Positions 9,795 to 18,772 of a stretch of 64,000 nt of DNA are shown one piece after another (the stretch's first letter is position 1; every line of letters begins with the position of its first letter). Made by a program: the position numbers and the translations under genes. A model generated the notes under the pieces. It was not told where the DNA came from, did not search any database, and worked only from the letters and a program-made list of their open reading frames with translations. The DNA comes from Accumulibacter sp. (lineage in GTDB: Bacteria > Pseudomonadota > Gammaproteobacteria > Burkholderiales > Rhodocyclaceae), in the NCBI RefSeq assembly GCF_031732815.1, contig NZ_JAVMKF010000268.1, positions 270 to 64,269 of the forward strand. The letters are read 5' to 3'.

Positions 9795-10255
9795 TCGCGG
9801 TTCCACAAGCGGCCATTGATCTGGCCAAGCGCTTCGAGGGCTTTCACCGCGTGCCGAAGAACGATCCTGGCCGGGCGTATCCCTACGTCTGCCCGGCAGG
9901 CTACTGGACGATTGGCTACGGCCATCTCTGTGACCCGAAGCATGCACCCATCTCCGAAGAAGAGGGTGAAGCGTACCTGGCGCGCGATCTGATCGTCGCC
10001 TTAAAGGCCACCGTAAGGTGTTGCCCTGTCCTGGCCACGGAGCCCGAGTGGCGGCTCGCAGCGATCGTGGACTTCACCTTCAACCTGGGTGCCGGGCGGT
10101 TGCAGTCCTCGACTCTGCGGCGACGAATCAATCAACGGGATTGGACTGACGCAGCTGGTCAGTTGCGCCGTTGGGTCTATGGCGGCGGGAAAGTACTGCC
10201 GGGCCTTGTCACGCGGCGGGAGGTCGAGGCCGTTTTGCTTCTTCGCAACGCCTGA
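9791..10255 (+). CDS. Phage lysozyme/endolysin (GH24), 154 aa
   Basis: GTG 9791 overlaps the previous stop. FEG...YVCPAGYWTIGYGH catalytic region, DFTFNLG, and LRRWVYGGGKVLPGLVTRR. Confidence 0.9.
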   Translation: MIAVPQAAIDLAKRFEGFHRVPKNDPGRAYPYVCPAGYWTIGYGHLCDPKHAPISEEEGEAYLARDLIVALKATVRCCPVLATEPEWRLAAIVDFTFNLGAGRLQSSTLRRRINQRDWTDAAGQLRRWVYGGGKVLPGLVTRREVEAVLLLRNA

Positions 10256-10336
10256 ACACAAATCACTAGGAAGAGCTTGGCTTTATCGGCGAACAGCGCG
10301 TTCATGTCATCAACACCAACACGGAGCACATTACCA

Positions 10337-10627
10337 ATGAGCAACAAATTCAAGACCGCCATCATCGATGATGTCACCTCACGGAATATCGACGCCAGCA
10401 TGCAGGATGCCCTGCTCGATCTGTTCGAGTCGGCCATGAAGTCGGTGGCTACGACTCTGGTGCGTGAAGCCAAATTCGACACTTCGGACTTCGCCACCGC
10501 TAAGGCGCGCGGCTGTGAAGGGTTTACGTTGCTGGTGAGTCGCGCCCGCGTTGAGTCACGCGACGGTTGGATCGGGGCGTTTCAGCGTGATCACCAAAGC
10601 CTCGACGTGATCGGCCATCTGGAATAG
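10337..10627 (+). CDS. Conserved small phage protein, 96 aa (MSNKFKTAIIDDV...)
   Basis: SD CGGAG before ATG 10337; last plus-strand gene before the convergent defence island. Confidence 0.6.
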   Translation: MSNKFKTAIIDDVTSRNIDASMQDALLDLFESAMKSVATTLVREAKFDTSDFATAKARGCEGFTLLVSRARVESRDGWIGAFQRDHQSLDVIGHLE

Positions 10628-10631
10628 CTGG

Positions 10632-11570
10632 TCAGTCGTCCATTTTGGGAACGTCCCAATCCGCCAGACGCGCCTCGCCCGTTTGGTAAAACTGCTTCAC
10701 CAGCTTGACGTAGTCGAGAAAATCCTTGTTTTCTGTGGCGAGACGATTGACTGAGTCCCAATCGATTCCCGCTCTCTCTCGGGCTGGCAACAAAACTTCA
10801 CTTTCAGCTGGGTCTTCTTTGTCGAGTCGGATAACTCCGATCCCATGTGCAGCCGATAGCATCCGAAGCTCCTTCAAGGCTTCGTCATTGATCTGTTCTG
10901 CAACAAGATAGCCAACATCTGCCCATGAAGAGTTCGACACAGCCTGGAAGAAGCATTCCCGAACGTTCGAGCGGTTGAGAAGGAGCTTGACCTCAAACGA
11001 CCAAAGTTTTGTGCGTTTGTCGAAGTACTGGCTGGCGCAGTCACGTACTGCCTGATGCCAATCGGCCCCCAAGTCTTCCAGTCCGACCACATCCGGGTGC
11101 AACCAGTGGTTGGCCTTCGGTCCATTCTTGTTTGAAGACGTCTTCTCGTCGATTCGCTTTGAGTAGACCCGCCACCTGTCCCAAAGATAGGCGGATAGCT
11201 TTGGGTAGAGCGACAGTTCGTTAAGTGGCGCAGTATTGGCTTGCTGTGGAACAGTCCCGCCTGTACTTTCGGCTGCTGCAACCTCGGCAGAATCCGACTG
11301 CACTGAATAATAATATTTACGCGGGCGGCCCTCAGTTGTCTTTAGTTCCGGGTGTTTCTTTTGCAGTCGAGGACGCTGGGAGCCTATCTCAGCAACCAGT
11401 TGCTGAAGCAGGTCCGCATCCGTCTCCAGCGCCTGGCTGCTGGCTTTCTTTGCGTTGCACTCATCCGGAAAGGTCGCAACGAGCCACTCGGCAATCTGTC
11501 GTGCGGAGAATTTCTCTTCAGGGTGTGCGGTCAGGAAATCGACGACCGCCTTGCCAAGGTTAAGAGCCAT
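10632..11570 (-). CDS. COG2958/HrgA-like protein: N-terminal wHTH + PD-(D/E)XK restriction-endonuclease-like domain, 312 aa
   Basis: HPDVVG...WSFEVK nuclease motif; 18 bp downstream of brxL and co-directional with it. Confidence 0.7.
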   Translation of the reverse strand: MALNLGKAVVDFLTAHPEEKFSARQIAEWLVATFPDECNAKKASSQALETDADLLQQLVAEIGSQRPRLQKKHPELKTTEGRPRKYYYSVQSDSAEVAAAESTGGTVPQQANTAPLNELSLYPKLSAYLWDRWRVYSKRIDEKTSSNKNGPKANHWLHPDVVGLEDLGADWHQAVRDCASQYFDKRTKLWSFEVKLLLNRSNVRECFFQAVSNSSWADVGYLVAEQINDEALKELRMLSAAHGIGVIRLDKEDPAESEVLLPARERAGIDWDSVNRLATENKDFLDYVKLVKQFYQTGEARLADWDVPKMDD

Positions 11571-11588
11571 AGTTTTGTTCCTTTGGGG

Positions 11589-13637
11589 TCACTCGGCCAT
11601 GGCCTTCAACAACGCATCTCGGGCGTCGGAGTAGAACTGGATGTCGATCTTGGTCGCCATGTCGTCGGACAAGTCGACCAACTGGCGCCGACAAGCTACC
11701 GGCATCAGAAGCGACGTCGCGCCTTTCTCAACGGCGATCTCGGCAATCGTGACTGCGTTGTGGACGGGCTCGATCGAGCCCCCGAGGTTGATCTCTCCGA
11801 CGATGATCAAGCCACCACGCACGCTTCGCTTTAACAACGATGTGCATAGGGCCACCAAAGAGGCCACACCAAGCTTGGCACCAGACTTCGCTGCGTCAAA
11901 CGCTCGGAGCTGCACCGTGAACTCATGCTGCCGAGGATCTTTGTCGCCAACCAACTGCAATGACCTGGCGTACAGGTTCTGCTCGGCGAAGCCGATGCTC
12001 TCGCGGAACGCGGGAGGAATGGGCTTGTTGAGCACTTTCAAACCCGATCCGGGACCTTCATTGACCTCGATGCGGTAGAGCCCCGAGTTTTCTTCGCCGC
12101 CACCGGGGCTGATGGTCCAAACCTGACCTGGCTCTAGCGGGTCGCCGCCAATGCTGTTGTCGCTTTGCAGCTCAGGCGTCGAGACAAACTTTTCCACACC
12201 GTCGGCGCCCATGATGTAGCTGAAGTGAGTGTTCCGAAACTCTGCGGCCCCGACTCGCTTCTGTTGCTCTTTGACTCGCCGCCGAACCTCCATGGCGATG
12301 CGAACTGCCCATTCCAGGTCTTCGTCCGGAACCTGAGCATCCGAGCTCGGGTACAGCAGCTTGAGCAAGCCACTGACAGTCTTGTTGACCGCATTTGTAT
12401 CTCGGCCAGACAGTGCGCCGCCAAAAAAGACGCGGTTTTGCAGCTCGCTTACCCGGCTCTGGTTCCGAAGCTGGCTCCAGCACTCGGACAGGAAGTCGCT
12501 GACTAGGCCGAAATGGTTGGTGACCAAGTCCTTATTGATCTTGGGCACGTCCCAACCCGGCAGGAACGCGTGGATGCGGTCCATGAAAGCGGTGTCGTCG
12601 CGCATCTCTGGCGGCATGGGGCCAAACAAGTGCCCAACGCGCTGCTGGTGTTCCACATCGACGTCGAAGTTGCCGACCAAGACGATGCTGCCGTCCGCAC
12701 GGATGCTCTCCTTGCCACGGCTGAACTCGCCGGACTCCATGTAGCCCTTCATGATGTTCACGCCGTCCTTCTGATCGAAAGAGATGCCTGACACCTCGTC
12801 GAAGCAGACCACGTCGTACTGGCAAACCAAACCTCGGCGGCCTTTGGCCGTGTTCTCAACGAACATCTTGGCCACAGTGGCCTTGCCACCTGAAATCAGG
12901 TGGGCGTAGGGCGAAACCTGCTGGAACAGGTGGCTCTTGCCCGTGCCGCGCGGACCGAGCTCCACCAGGTTGTAGTTGCGCTCAACAAAGGGCACCATGC
13001 GCAGGAGCAGGGCGTTTCGCTGGCGGTCGCTCAGATCACCTGACTCAATGCCGATGGATCGGAGCAGAAAGCACTTCCATTCCTCGGTGGTGAACTCCTG
13101 GCGAGCCTTGGCCAAGGTATCCAATACATCGCGCTTCGATAACTGAATCTCCCGCAGCGACGTGATACCAAAGGGACGCCCCTTGGCCTCCTGGGCGATG
13201 GCGACATCAAACGTCACGCCCAACTCGGCATAAAAGCCTCCAGTCAACATACGTTCGTGTTGGTTGACCAGCTCGCTGCTGATCCGCACATCCGTCAGCC
13301 GAAGGCTTGGCAGGCTGGCAACGTACTCGCCCTTGTTGTCGACGCGCGCCGTCACCAGGTCGATGATCTTTACCTCGCCAGTTTCCAGTGCTTTGGCCTT
13401 AAACAGCTCTTCCTCGCCAGCTCTCACCGTGCGGGACTTGAGCTGACGCTGAACAATTTCGAGCCCTTCGTCGATCTCGTCTTGGTCCGTGCTGGCGCAA
13501 TAACGTCCAAGCATGAACTCGACGACGTAGGTGGGTACCGGAAACTGGCGACTGAAGGTGCGGACCAAGTCTTTCCGGACCAGATACCCGTCCAGTACCG
13601 AGGCGGCTTTTTTGTCTATCTGATCCAATTCAATCAT
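11589..13637 (-). CDS. brxL: BREX Lon-like AAA+ protein BrxL, 682 aa
   Basis: Walker A GPRGTGKS, Walker B VCFDEV, and a C-terminal Lon-like domain lacking the DGPSAG catalytic motif (SGAKLG instead). Follows pglZ. Confidence 0.93.
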   Translation of the reverse strand: MIELDQIDKKAASVLDGYLVRKDLVRTFSRQFPVPTYVVEFMLGRYCASTDQDEIDEGLEIVQRQLKSRTVRAGEEELFKAKALETGEVKIIDLVTARVDNKGEYVASLPSLRLTDVRISSELVNQHERMLTGGFYAELGVTFDVAIAQEAKGRPFGITSLREIQLSKRDVLDTLAKARQEFTTEEWKCFLLRSIGIESGDLSDRQRNALLLRMVPFVERNYNLVELGPRGTGKSHLFQQVSPYAHLISGGKATVAKMFVENTAKGRRGLVCQYDVVCFDEVSGISFDQKDGVNIMKGYMESGEFSRGKESIRADGSIVLVGNFDVDVEHQQRVGHLFGPMPPEMRDDTAFMDRIHAFLPGWDVPKINKDLVTNHFGLVSDFLSECWSQLRNQSRVSELQNRVFFGGALSGRDTNAVNKTVSGLLKLLYPSSDAQVPDEDLEWAVRIAMEVRRRVKEQQKRVGAAEFRNTHFSYIMGADGVEKFVSTPELQSDNSIGGDPLEPGQVWTISPGGGEENSGLYRIEVNEGPGSGLKVLNKPIPPAFRESIGFAEQNLYARSLQLVGDKDPRQHEFTVQLRAFDAAKSGAKLGVASLVALCTSLLKRSVRGGLIIVGEINLGGSIEPVHNAVTIAEIAVEKGATSLLMPVACRRQLVDLSDDMATKIDIQFYSDARDALLKAMAE

Positions 13638-13640
13638 TCA

Positions 13641-15983
13641 TCATCCTCCGCCGATCACGGTTTTGGCCTCGGCCACCATCTCACCTGACGGGGTGAGTAG
13701 GACCAAACATGCCGCGCGGCCTTGCAGTTCTTCGTTCTCAACAACCGCTGACGCTGTGCCGTTGTCTTTCAGCGGTTTCACACTAACAACTACGCTCGAA
13801 GCTGGGTCACCAGCCTGGGTGCGAATGTCGAGAGATAGATTGGCGTACTGGCCATCTACCGCTACCGTGCAACGCAAGCCCTTCCAAGCGATATCTGTTA
13901 CCTCAACCATCGGCTTGCCAGACGAGCTGCCGGTTCCGGTCACCACAAGTTCCAAGTTGAGGCATTCCTGAAGGCTCAAACCGCCATGGTTGTAGTCCAC
14001 GGATTTGCCGTAGCAACCCACACCGTCCGCCAAGGCGAACTGCTGGTTTGGGTTCCAAAACCAGGGGTACAAGCGCTCGTCTGTGGAAGCCCCAGGCTTG
14101 ATCGACGCGCAACGCCCCCATTTGTTATCGGTGAGGTCCTTGGACATTTGGATTGTGGGTAACTTGCCCGGCATGAGGAGCCAGCCGTGGTCAGTCACCA
14201 CCCTAACGCTGTTCCAGCCTGCAGCCAACAAGGCGGCGATGCGTTCTGCGATCTCTGCGAGAAGCGCGTCTATGTGCTTGGCAAGTTTCCAGCCCCGCGC
14301 ATGCCCCTCGCTGTCGATGTCTCCGAATTCGCACCATGCGTTGCCCTGGCCGTCGCCGTTTTCGGTACGGTCCAGCACTTTCCAGTGGTTGTCGTTCAGC
14401 AGCTTCTTCAGGTGGTAACCGCCCTTGAGAGACTGGCCCGTTGCGGCGACGCAAGGCTCAAAGTCGTCGCAGTCGTCGGTGCCGCTGATCTTGGTTCGTA
14501 CTGGCGAAGCAGCCGCCTTGCCGGTTGCGGTCACGCTGGGCAGGGCCGTCCAGCTCATGGCTTCCGCTACCTGGCAACCTCGTGTCTCCAGGACTGCCGC
14601 GAGACGGCGAGCCGCGTCAAAGCGCAGGCCATCCACGAACAGCACGCACTCGCCCTTGGAGGCGGCGAAGGCCTTGGCGCTGGCGATTGTTCCGCCTGGG
14701 TAGTTCGATCCATCGACCAGCTTTTGCAGGTAGCGCGCAGACTCCTCCAGCCAGGGTAGATAGATTGCTCGAATGGCCGCTGTCACGGCATCAACGTCGG
14801 CTGGCTTTTCGGTGCAGGCCAGCGCAGAAAGCACAGCATCGTCGGCCAGCCAGCCCTGCGCCGCGTACCCCGCCTGTAGGTCTGCAACCGAGCCGGCCGC
14901 CAACGCTGTCTTGCTCACTTCCGCAACCACTGCCAAGTGCTTGATGGCGAGGGACAGCGGTGACTCTCCGAGTTCAGCCCACACTAACTCGCGCCGAGGG
15001 GCATGCGTCTTCTCAAGTTCCAGAACTCGCTTCCGGGCGTCATGTGCGGGTAGATGGTTGAGAGCCAGCAGATCATGCTGGAGCGTCTTCTCCTGATCTT
15101 CGTTCCACTGTGGCCAGCCGCCTGCCGATTCGGCCGTGACGAATAGATCAAAAATCGGCGGTTTGCACTGGCGGATACGGCTCGGAATATTGGGGTAGCG
15201 TTTCGGTGCTTCGCTGTACCGTTCCCAGACCGAATGCCAGGGCCCCTCGTGTAACGCCAGCTTATTCGCTCCTGCCAAGACTCCGTCAGCCTGAGGGTTG
15301 AACGCCAGCTGTGACTTGCATACCTCTACAAACGCCCTCCATTCGTTGGCGCCACGCGTCGTCTGAAACGCGTCGCCTTGATCCAGCCACTGCAGCAGGT
15401 CGCGTACCGGATCGCCACCGGTCAGCAGGGTGTTGAAGTAGTCTTTGTCCAGCCGCTTGCCCTTCAACAGCTCGAGCTCTTCATCCAGCAGCCGGTACAG
15501 CGCCAGCTGCATGGCGTTCTTGGCGTCGTTGTCCTGGGCCACGTCCAGACCCATGCCGCCTTGGTCGGACTTCAGGAAGGCCATGATGGTCCAGTCCTTG
15601 GCGTTCGCCTGCGACCAGATCACGCCCCGGTACTGCAGCTCGGCCAAGGGCTTCAAGAGGTCCGGGCAGTCTTCGATCGCCCGCAGGTCCTGGCGGCTCA
15701 CGCCAGGCAGGTAAAACACCGGCACACGGTCGGCCGGCAAAGTCACTTCGGGTGCCTTGCCCGCAATTACGCAGCGCAGCCAGATGGCCGGCCCAATGCG
15801 GTTCTCGGGCGCGTAGTCGCCCAGCACCAGCAGTTCGGCCAACTCGCTTTGCAGGCGCGGGATCACTGCCTCCCACTGACGGTCTTTGTCGGGCCACAAG
15901 ATGCACGAGGGCGTAACTTGAACCTCGGGGTTGAAGATCGCCGAGTTACGCAGTGTCTTCACCAGATGCTCGATCACGCGCAT
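13641..15983 (-). CDS. pglZ: BREX alkaline-phosphatase-fold protein PglZ, 780 aa
   Basis: LFVDGLRFD, LPSVTATGK, VVTDHG and NHGGLSLQE PglZ motifs. Confidence 0.92.
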   Translation of the reverse strand: MRVIEHLVKTLRNSAIFNPEVQVTPSCILWPDKDRQWEAVIPRLQSELAELLVLGDYAPENRIGPAIWLRCVIAGKAPEVTLPADRVPVFYLPGVSRQDLRAIEDCPDLLKPLAELQYRGVIWSQANAKDWTIMAFLKSDQGGMGLDVAQDNDAKNAMQLALYRLLDEELELLKGKRLDKDYFNTLLTGGDPVRDLLQWLDQGDAFQTTRGANEWRAFVEVCKSQLAFNPQADGVLAGANKLALHEGPWHSVWERYSEAPKRYPNIPSRIRQCKPPIFDLFVTAESAGGWPQWNEDQEKTLQHDLLALNHLPAHDARKRVLELEKTHAPRRELVWAELGESPLSLAIKHLAVVAEVSKTALAAGSVADLQAGYAAQGWLADDAVLSALACTEKPADVDAVTAAIRAIYLPWLEESARYLQKLVDGSNYPGGTIASAKAFAASKGECVLFVDGLRFDAARRLAAVLETRGCQVAEAMSWTALPSVTATGKAAASPVRTKISGTDDCDDFEPCVAATGQSLKGGYHLKKLLNDNHWKVLDRTENGDGQGNAWCEFGDIDSEGHARGWKLAKHIDALLAEIAERIAALLAAGWNSVRVVTDHGWLLMPGKLPTIQMSKDLTDNKWGRCASIKPGASTDERLYPWFWNPNQQFALADGVGCYGKSVDYNHGGLSLQECLNLELVVTGTGSSSGKPMVEVTDIAWKGLRCTVAVDGQYANLSLDIRTQAGDPASSVVVSVKPLKDNGTASAVVENEELQGRAACLVLLTPSGEMVAEAKTVIGGG

Positions 15984-17806
15984 GGCTGGCCCTCCGTCAA
16001 GGCGAAGAGGCTCATCACCTGGTCAACCAGCGTGGCGGTCCGCGCATCGATCTGCGCCACGCTCCACGCCTCGGCCGTCGCCAATTCAGCGTTGAGCTTG
16101 AGCCCGTTCTTGTAGCCTACCTCACGGCCCTTGCTGTCGGTGCGGTCGCGCTTGTCTTTGAAGCTCTTGTTTCCCAGAGCACTGTTGAAGCCCGAGATCG
16201 TCAGGTTGCCCAGCTTGTGAACGTGGGTCTCTTGAATGGCCTTGGCCTTCTTTGCGTCGCCGTCGGCAATCATGGTCACCCAAGACGCGGGAATGTTGTC
16301 ACCCTGCGGGAAGATGTGCTCGATGGTCCACACGAAGAGCTTGCCTTCGTACTTCCAAAGATCGACCCAGGTCTCCTTGGTCATGCTCTGCTCGGCCAAG
16401 GCGCACAGGACAAACCGGGTGACCCCGGCGTTCTCCTCGTAGATGGCACCTTCCAGTTTGCTGCGGAAGGTTTCATCGCTGGCCGACACCGCCAGCAATT
16501 CGTCGCGGATGGTCTTCACCATAGCGTCACCCGACAGGTCTGCCACCTTGTCGATGGTGGCCATGAAAAGGCGAGTCAGGTCGCGTGTGGGCGGTGTGTC
16601 GGTGAGGTTGCGTCGAACGAAGAAGCAGACCAGCAGCCGCGCAATCTCTTCCAGTTGCGCTACATCGATGCCTAGCGCTTCACGCCGCACCAGCAAGTAC
16701 AGCATCAACAGGTATGACGGAGCGCCCTGAATGCGGTCTAAGTCCTTCAGCGGCTTGTCCAGCTGTGCCCAGGCCTCGTCCGTGTTCCGGGCCAGCATCA
16801 GTGCATACAGCTGACCAGCGGAACGAATGGCCTGCAGGTGGTTCTTGGCATCCTGGTTGATCAGCTTCTCATAGATCTGGATCAGGTTAGACCGTGTGGC
16901 CACCGGGCCCAGGGGGTCCTTCTTCTTGTCGTCGTCCTTGCGGAACGGCACGTTCAGCGGATCTTTGAACGCGTTGTAGTAATGCCGGAAGAAGCGCTCC
17001 TGGACGCTGTAGTCGTCGCCTAAATAGCCCAGCAGCTTGTTCCACACGTCGAAGTAGTGGTCCACCTTGCCAGGCTCGGTGGTCTCCAGCCGTGCAAGCA
17101 GCTTGTTCTTGATCAGGTCGATGGCCGTGAGTGGCATGCCCCGGTTGTTGAGCGATTCGAACAGCGTGTAGGCATCGGCGTGACTGGCCACCTCGATCTT
17201 CACCAGGCAGGCCTGGCTCACCTTGTCGAGGAAGGCCATGATCGAAGCCAGGCGGTCGCTCCCCGCATTCACCATCTCTTCGATGCGCGCCTGGAAATAC
17301 CGGAAAGCGCGGAAGATCTTCCGGTTGCCCGCGTAGGCCGGCGTGTCGAATGGGCTGATCACGCCAACGTCCGACAGAACGGCCTTGTAATCGTTTTGGT
17401 TGTTGTTCTGGATCTGTGGGATGATGCGCAATTGGTCGTCCCCCTTTTTCAGCACCAGCTTGCGCTTGAGGTTGATCAGCTCCACGCGCTGATCATCATC
17501 CAGGTCTTTCTCGTGCAGCTTCAGCGACTGGTACAACGCCGCGAACAGCAGCGATAGCGTCGTCAGCCGCTGTTGGCCATCCACCACCTCCAGCCGCTGC
17601 ACCGCCAGGGTGTCGGTGGTCTGGTTGATGCAGATGATCGAACCGAGGAAGTAGCCAGGGTCGTTCTCTTGCACGTCATCAAACAGGGATTCCCACTGGG
17701 CCTTGCTCCAGGTGTATTCACGCTGGTAGCGCGGGATCGCATAGACGACACCGGCTTCAATGTCGAAGAGCTGCGAGACCGGGTAGTTGTTGACCGACTT
17801 GATCAT
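15974..17806 (-). CDS. GmrSD-family (DUF262 + DUF1524/HNH) modification-dependent type IV restriction enzyme, BrxU-like position, 610 aa
   Basis: IPRYQREYTW, VVDGQQRLTT and FESLNNRG (DUF262); TIEHIFPQ...LGNLTI...NSALGNKSF (HNH). Confidence 0.88.
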   Translation of the reverse strand: MIKSVNNYPVSQLFDIEAGVVYAIPRYQREYTWSKAQWESLFDDVQENDPGYFLGSIICINQTTDTLAVQRLEVVDGQQRLTTLSLLFAALYQSLKLHEKDLDDDQRVELINLKRKLVLKKGDDQLRIIPQIQNNNQNDYKAVLSDVGVISPFDTPAYAGNRKIFRAFRYFQARIEEMVNAGSDRLASIMAFLDKVSQACLVKIEVASHADAYTLFESLNNRGMPLTAIDLIKNKLLARLETTEPGKVDHYFDVWNKLLGYLGDDYSVQERFFRHYYNAFKDPLNVPFRKDDDKKKDPLGPVATRSNLIQIYEKLINQDAKNHLQAIRSAGQLYALMLARNTDEAWAQLDKPLKDLDRIQGAPSYLLMLYLLVRREALGIDVAQLEEIARLLVCFFVRRNLTDTPPTRDLTRLFMATIDKVADLSGDAMVKTIRDELLAVSASDETFRSKLEGAIYEENAGVTRFVLCALAEQSMTKETWVDLWKYEGKLFVWTIEHIFPQGDNIPASWVTMIADGDAKKAKAIQETHVHKLGNLTISGFNSALGNKSFKDKRDRTDSKGREVGYKNGLKLNAELATAEAWSVAQIDARTATLVDQVMSLFALTEGQPCA

Positions 17807-18768
17807 AAGGACTCAATCACCTCAGCTGTTTGGCGGTAGTCGGCCAGGTAGCTGTCAAAAGAAAAATCCGGGTTCTTGATGGCTGAAATGAAGTCGTCCA
17901 TCCAACTGCCCGCCTTCTGCTGCAGGCCGTGCATGCTGGCCTCAGGTGCGATCACGCCTGCAGGTCGCGTTGCGTAGTCCGTCAGCACGTTCAACGCCGC
18001 ATAGCCGTGGGGCCCCATCTCCGTAAAGTAAGCCTTGGTCAGGCTTTGGGCTTGTTCGCGCAAGGCCAGAAGGTCGTCGACGCGCCTCTGCTTTTCAACC
18101 ACGTCCTTGGTCGCCTTGATGTCGAAGGCGCGGCACAGCAGGGGCAGCATCTCCTTTTCGGGCACGTGGTAGCGCTTGAGCTGGTGCAGCTTTTCGGTCA
18201 GCGCGGTTTCCAGCTTGCGGATGTCGCCGATGTTCTCAACGAAGCGGTCTACCCGGTCCATGCCGCGCCGGGTGTGGGCGTAGCTGAACTCGATGCTCTT
18301 GCTGCCAAAGATGATGCCGTTCAGACAGATCCAGCGGCAAAAGCCCAACTCAAAGCGCAGCAGCCGGGTGCGGTTGTAGCTGTTGCTGATGCGCAAGAAG
18401 GCCGTCCACTTGTCTTTCTCCCACGGAGAGAAGTCGGCGCTCTTGTGGATCAGGTCGATGTGGCAGAACGACCGGGTCTTGGGCATGGTGATGTTCAAGC
18501 ACTCCATGTCGCCGATCTGCGTGGTGTGGAACACCTTCTTCATCACCTCGGCCGCCATGTCGTAGGCGGCCTTGTTCGTCACCAGCTCGTAGTCGTCGGT
18601 CACCACCGCAAACGGGTTCTCCCGTTCCACGTCCACCACGGCAAAGTGGCGCTTGAGTTGCTGGAACTTGTCCAGGCCCTCCGCAGTCGGCATGAACAGG
18701 GGGCGCATCTCCACAGGGAAGAATGCCTCTGCAGGGTTTTTGGCCTTCCAGGATCGGGCTGTCGTCAT
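17803..18768 (-). CDS. DUF932-family protein, 321 aa
   Basis: LRISNSYN...FELGFCRWICLNG motif typical of DUF932; ATGA-coupled to the GmrSD gene. Confidence 0.75.
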   Translation of the reverse strand: MTTARSWKAKNPAEAFFPVEMRPLFMPTAEGLDKFQQLKRHFAVVDVERENPFAVVTDDYELVTNKAAYDMAAEVMKKVFHTTQIGDMECLNITMPKTRSFCHIDLIHKSADFSPWEKDKWTAFLRISNSYNRTRLLRFELGFCRWICLNGIIFGSKSIEFSYAHTRRGMDRVDRFVENIGDIRKLETALTEKLHQLKRYHVPEKEMLPLLCRAFDIKATKDVVEKQRRVDDLLALREQAQSLTKAYFTEMGPHGYAALNVLTDYATRPAGVIAPEASMHGLQQKAGSWMDDFISAIKNPDFSFDSYLADYRQTAEVIESL

Positions 18769-18772
18769 GGTC

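Larger units (their letters stand above)
1..10627 (+). mobile_element. Prophage right arm (tail-associated genes, lysis cassette, terminal small gene); left part lies outside the window
   Basis: Co-directional, tightly coupled plus-strand ORFs ending in a GH24 lysozyme. Tail-like proteins rich in G/T/N/aromatic residues. No integrase or capsid gene in the window. Confidence 0.8.

Noticed and set aside
11589-12200. BrxL as an active Lon protease
   Set aside because: The catalytic Ser motif (DGPSAG) is absent, so I see no support for protease activity; not treated as a separate finding.
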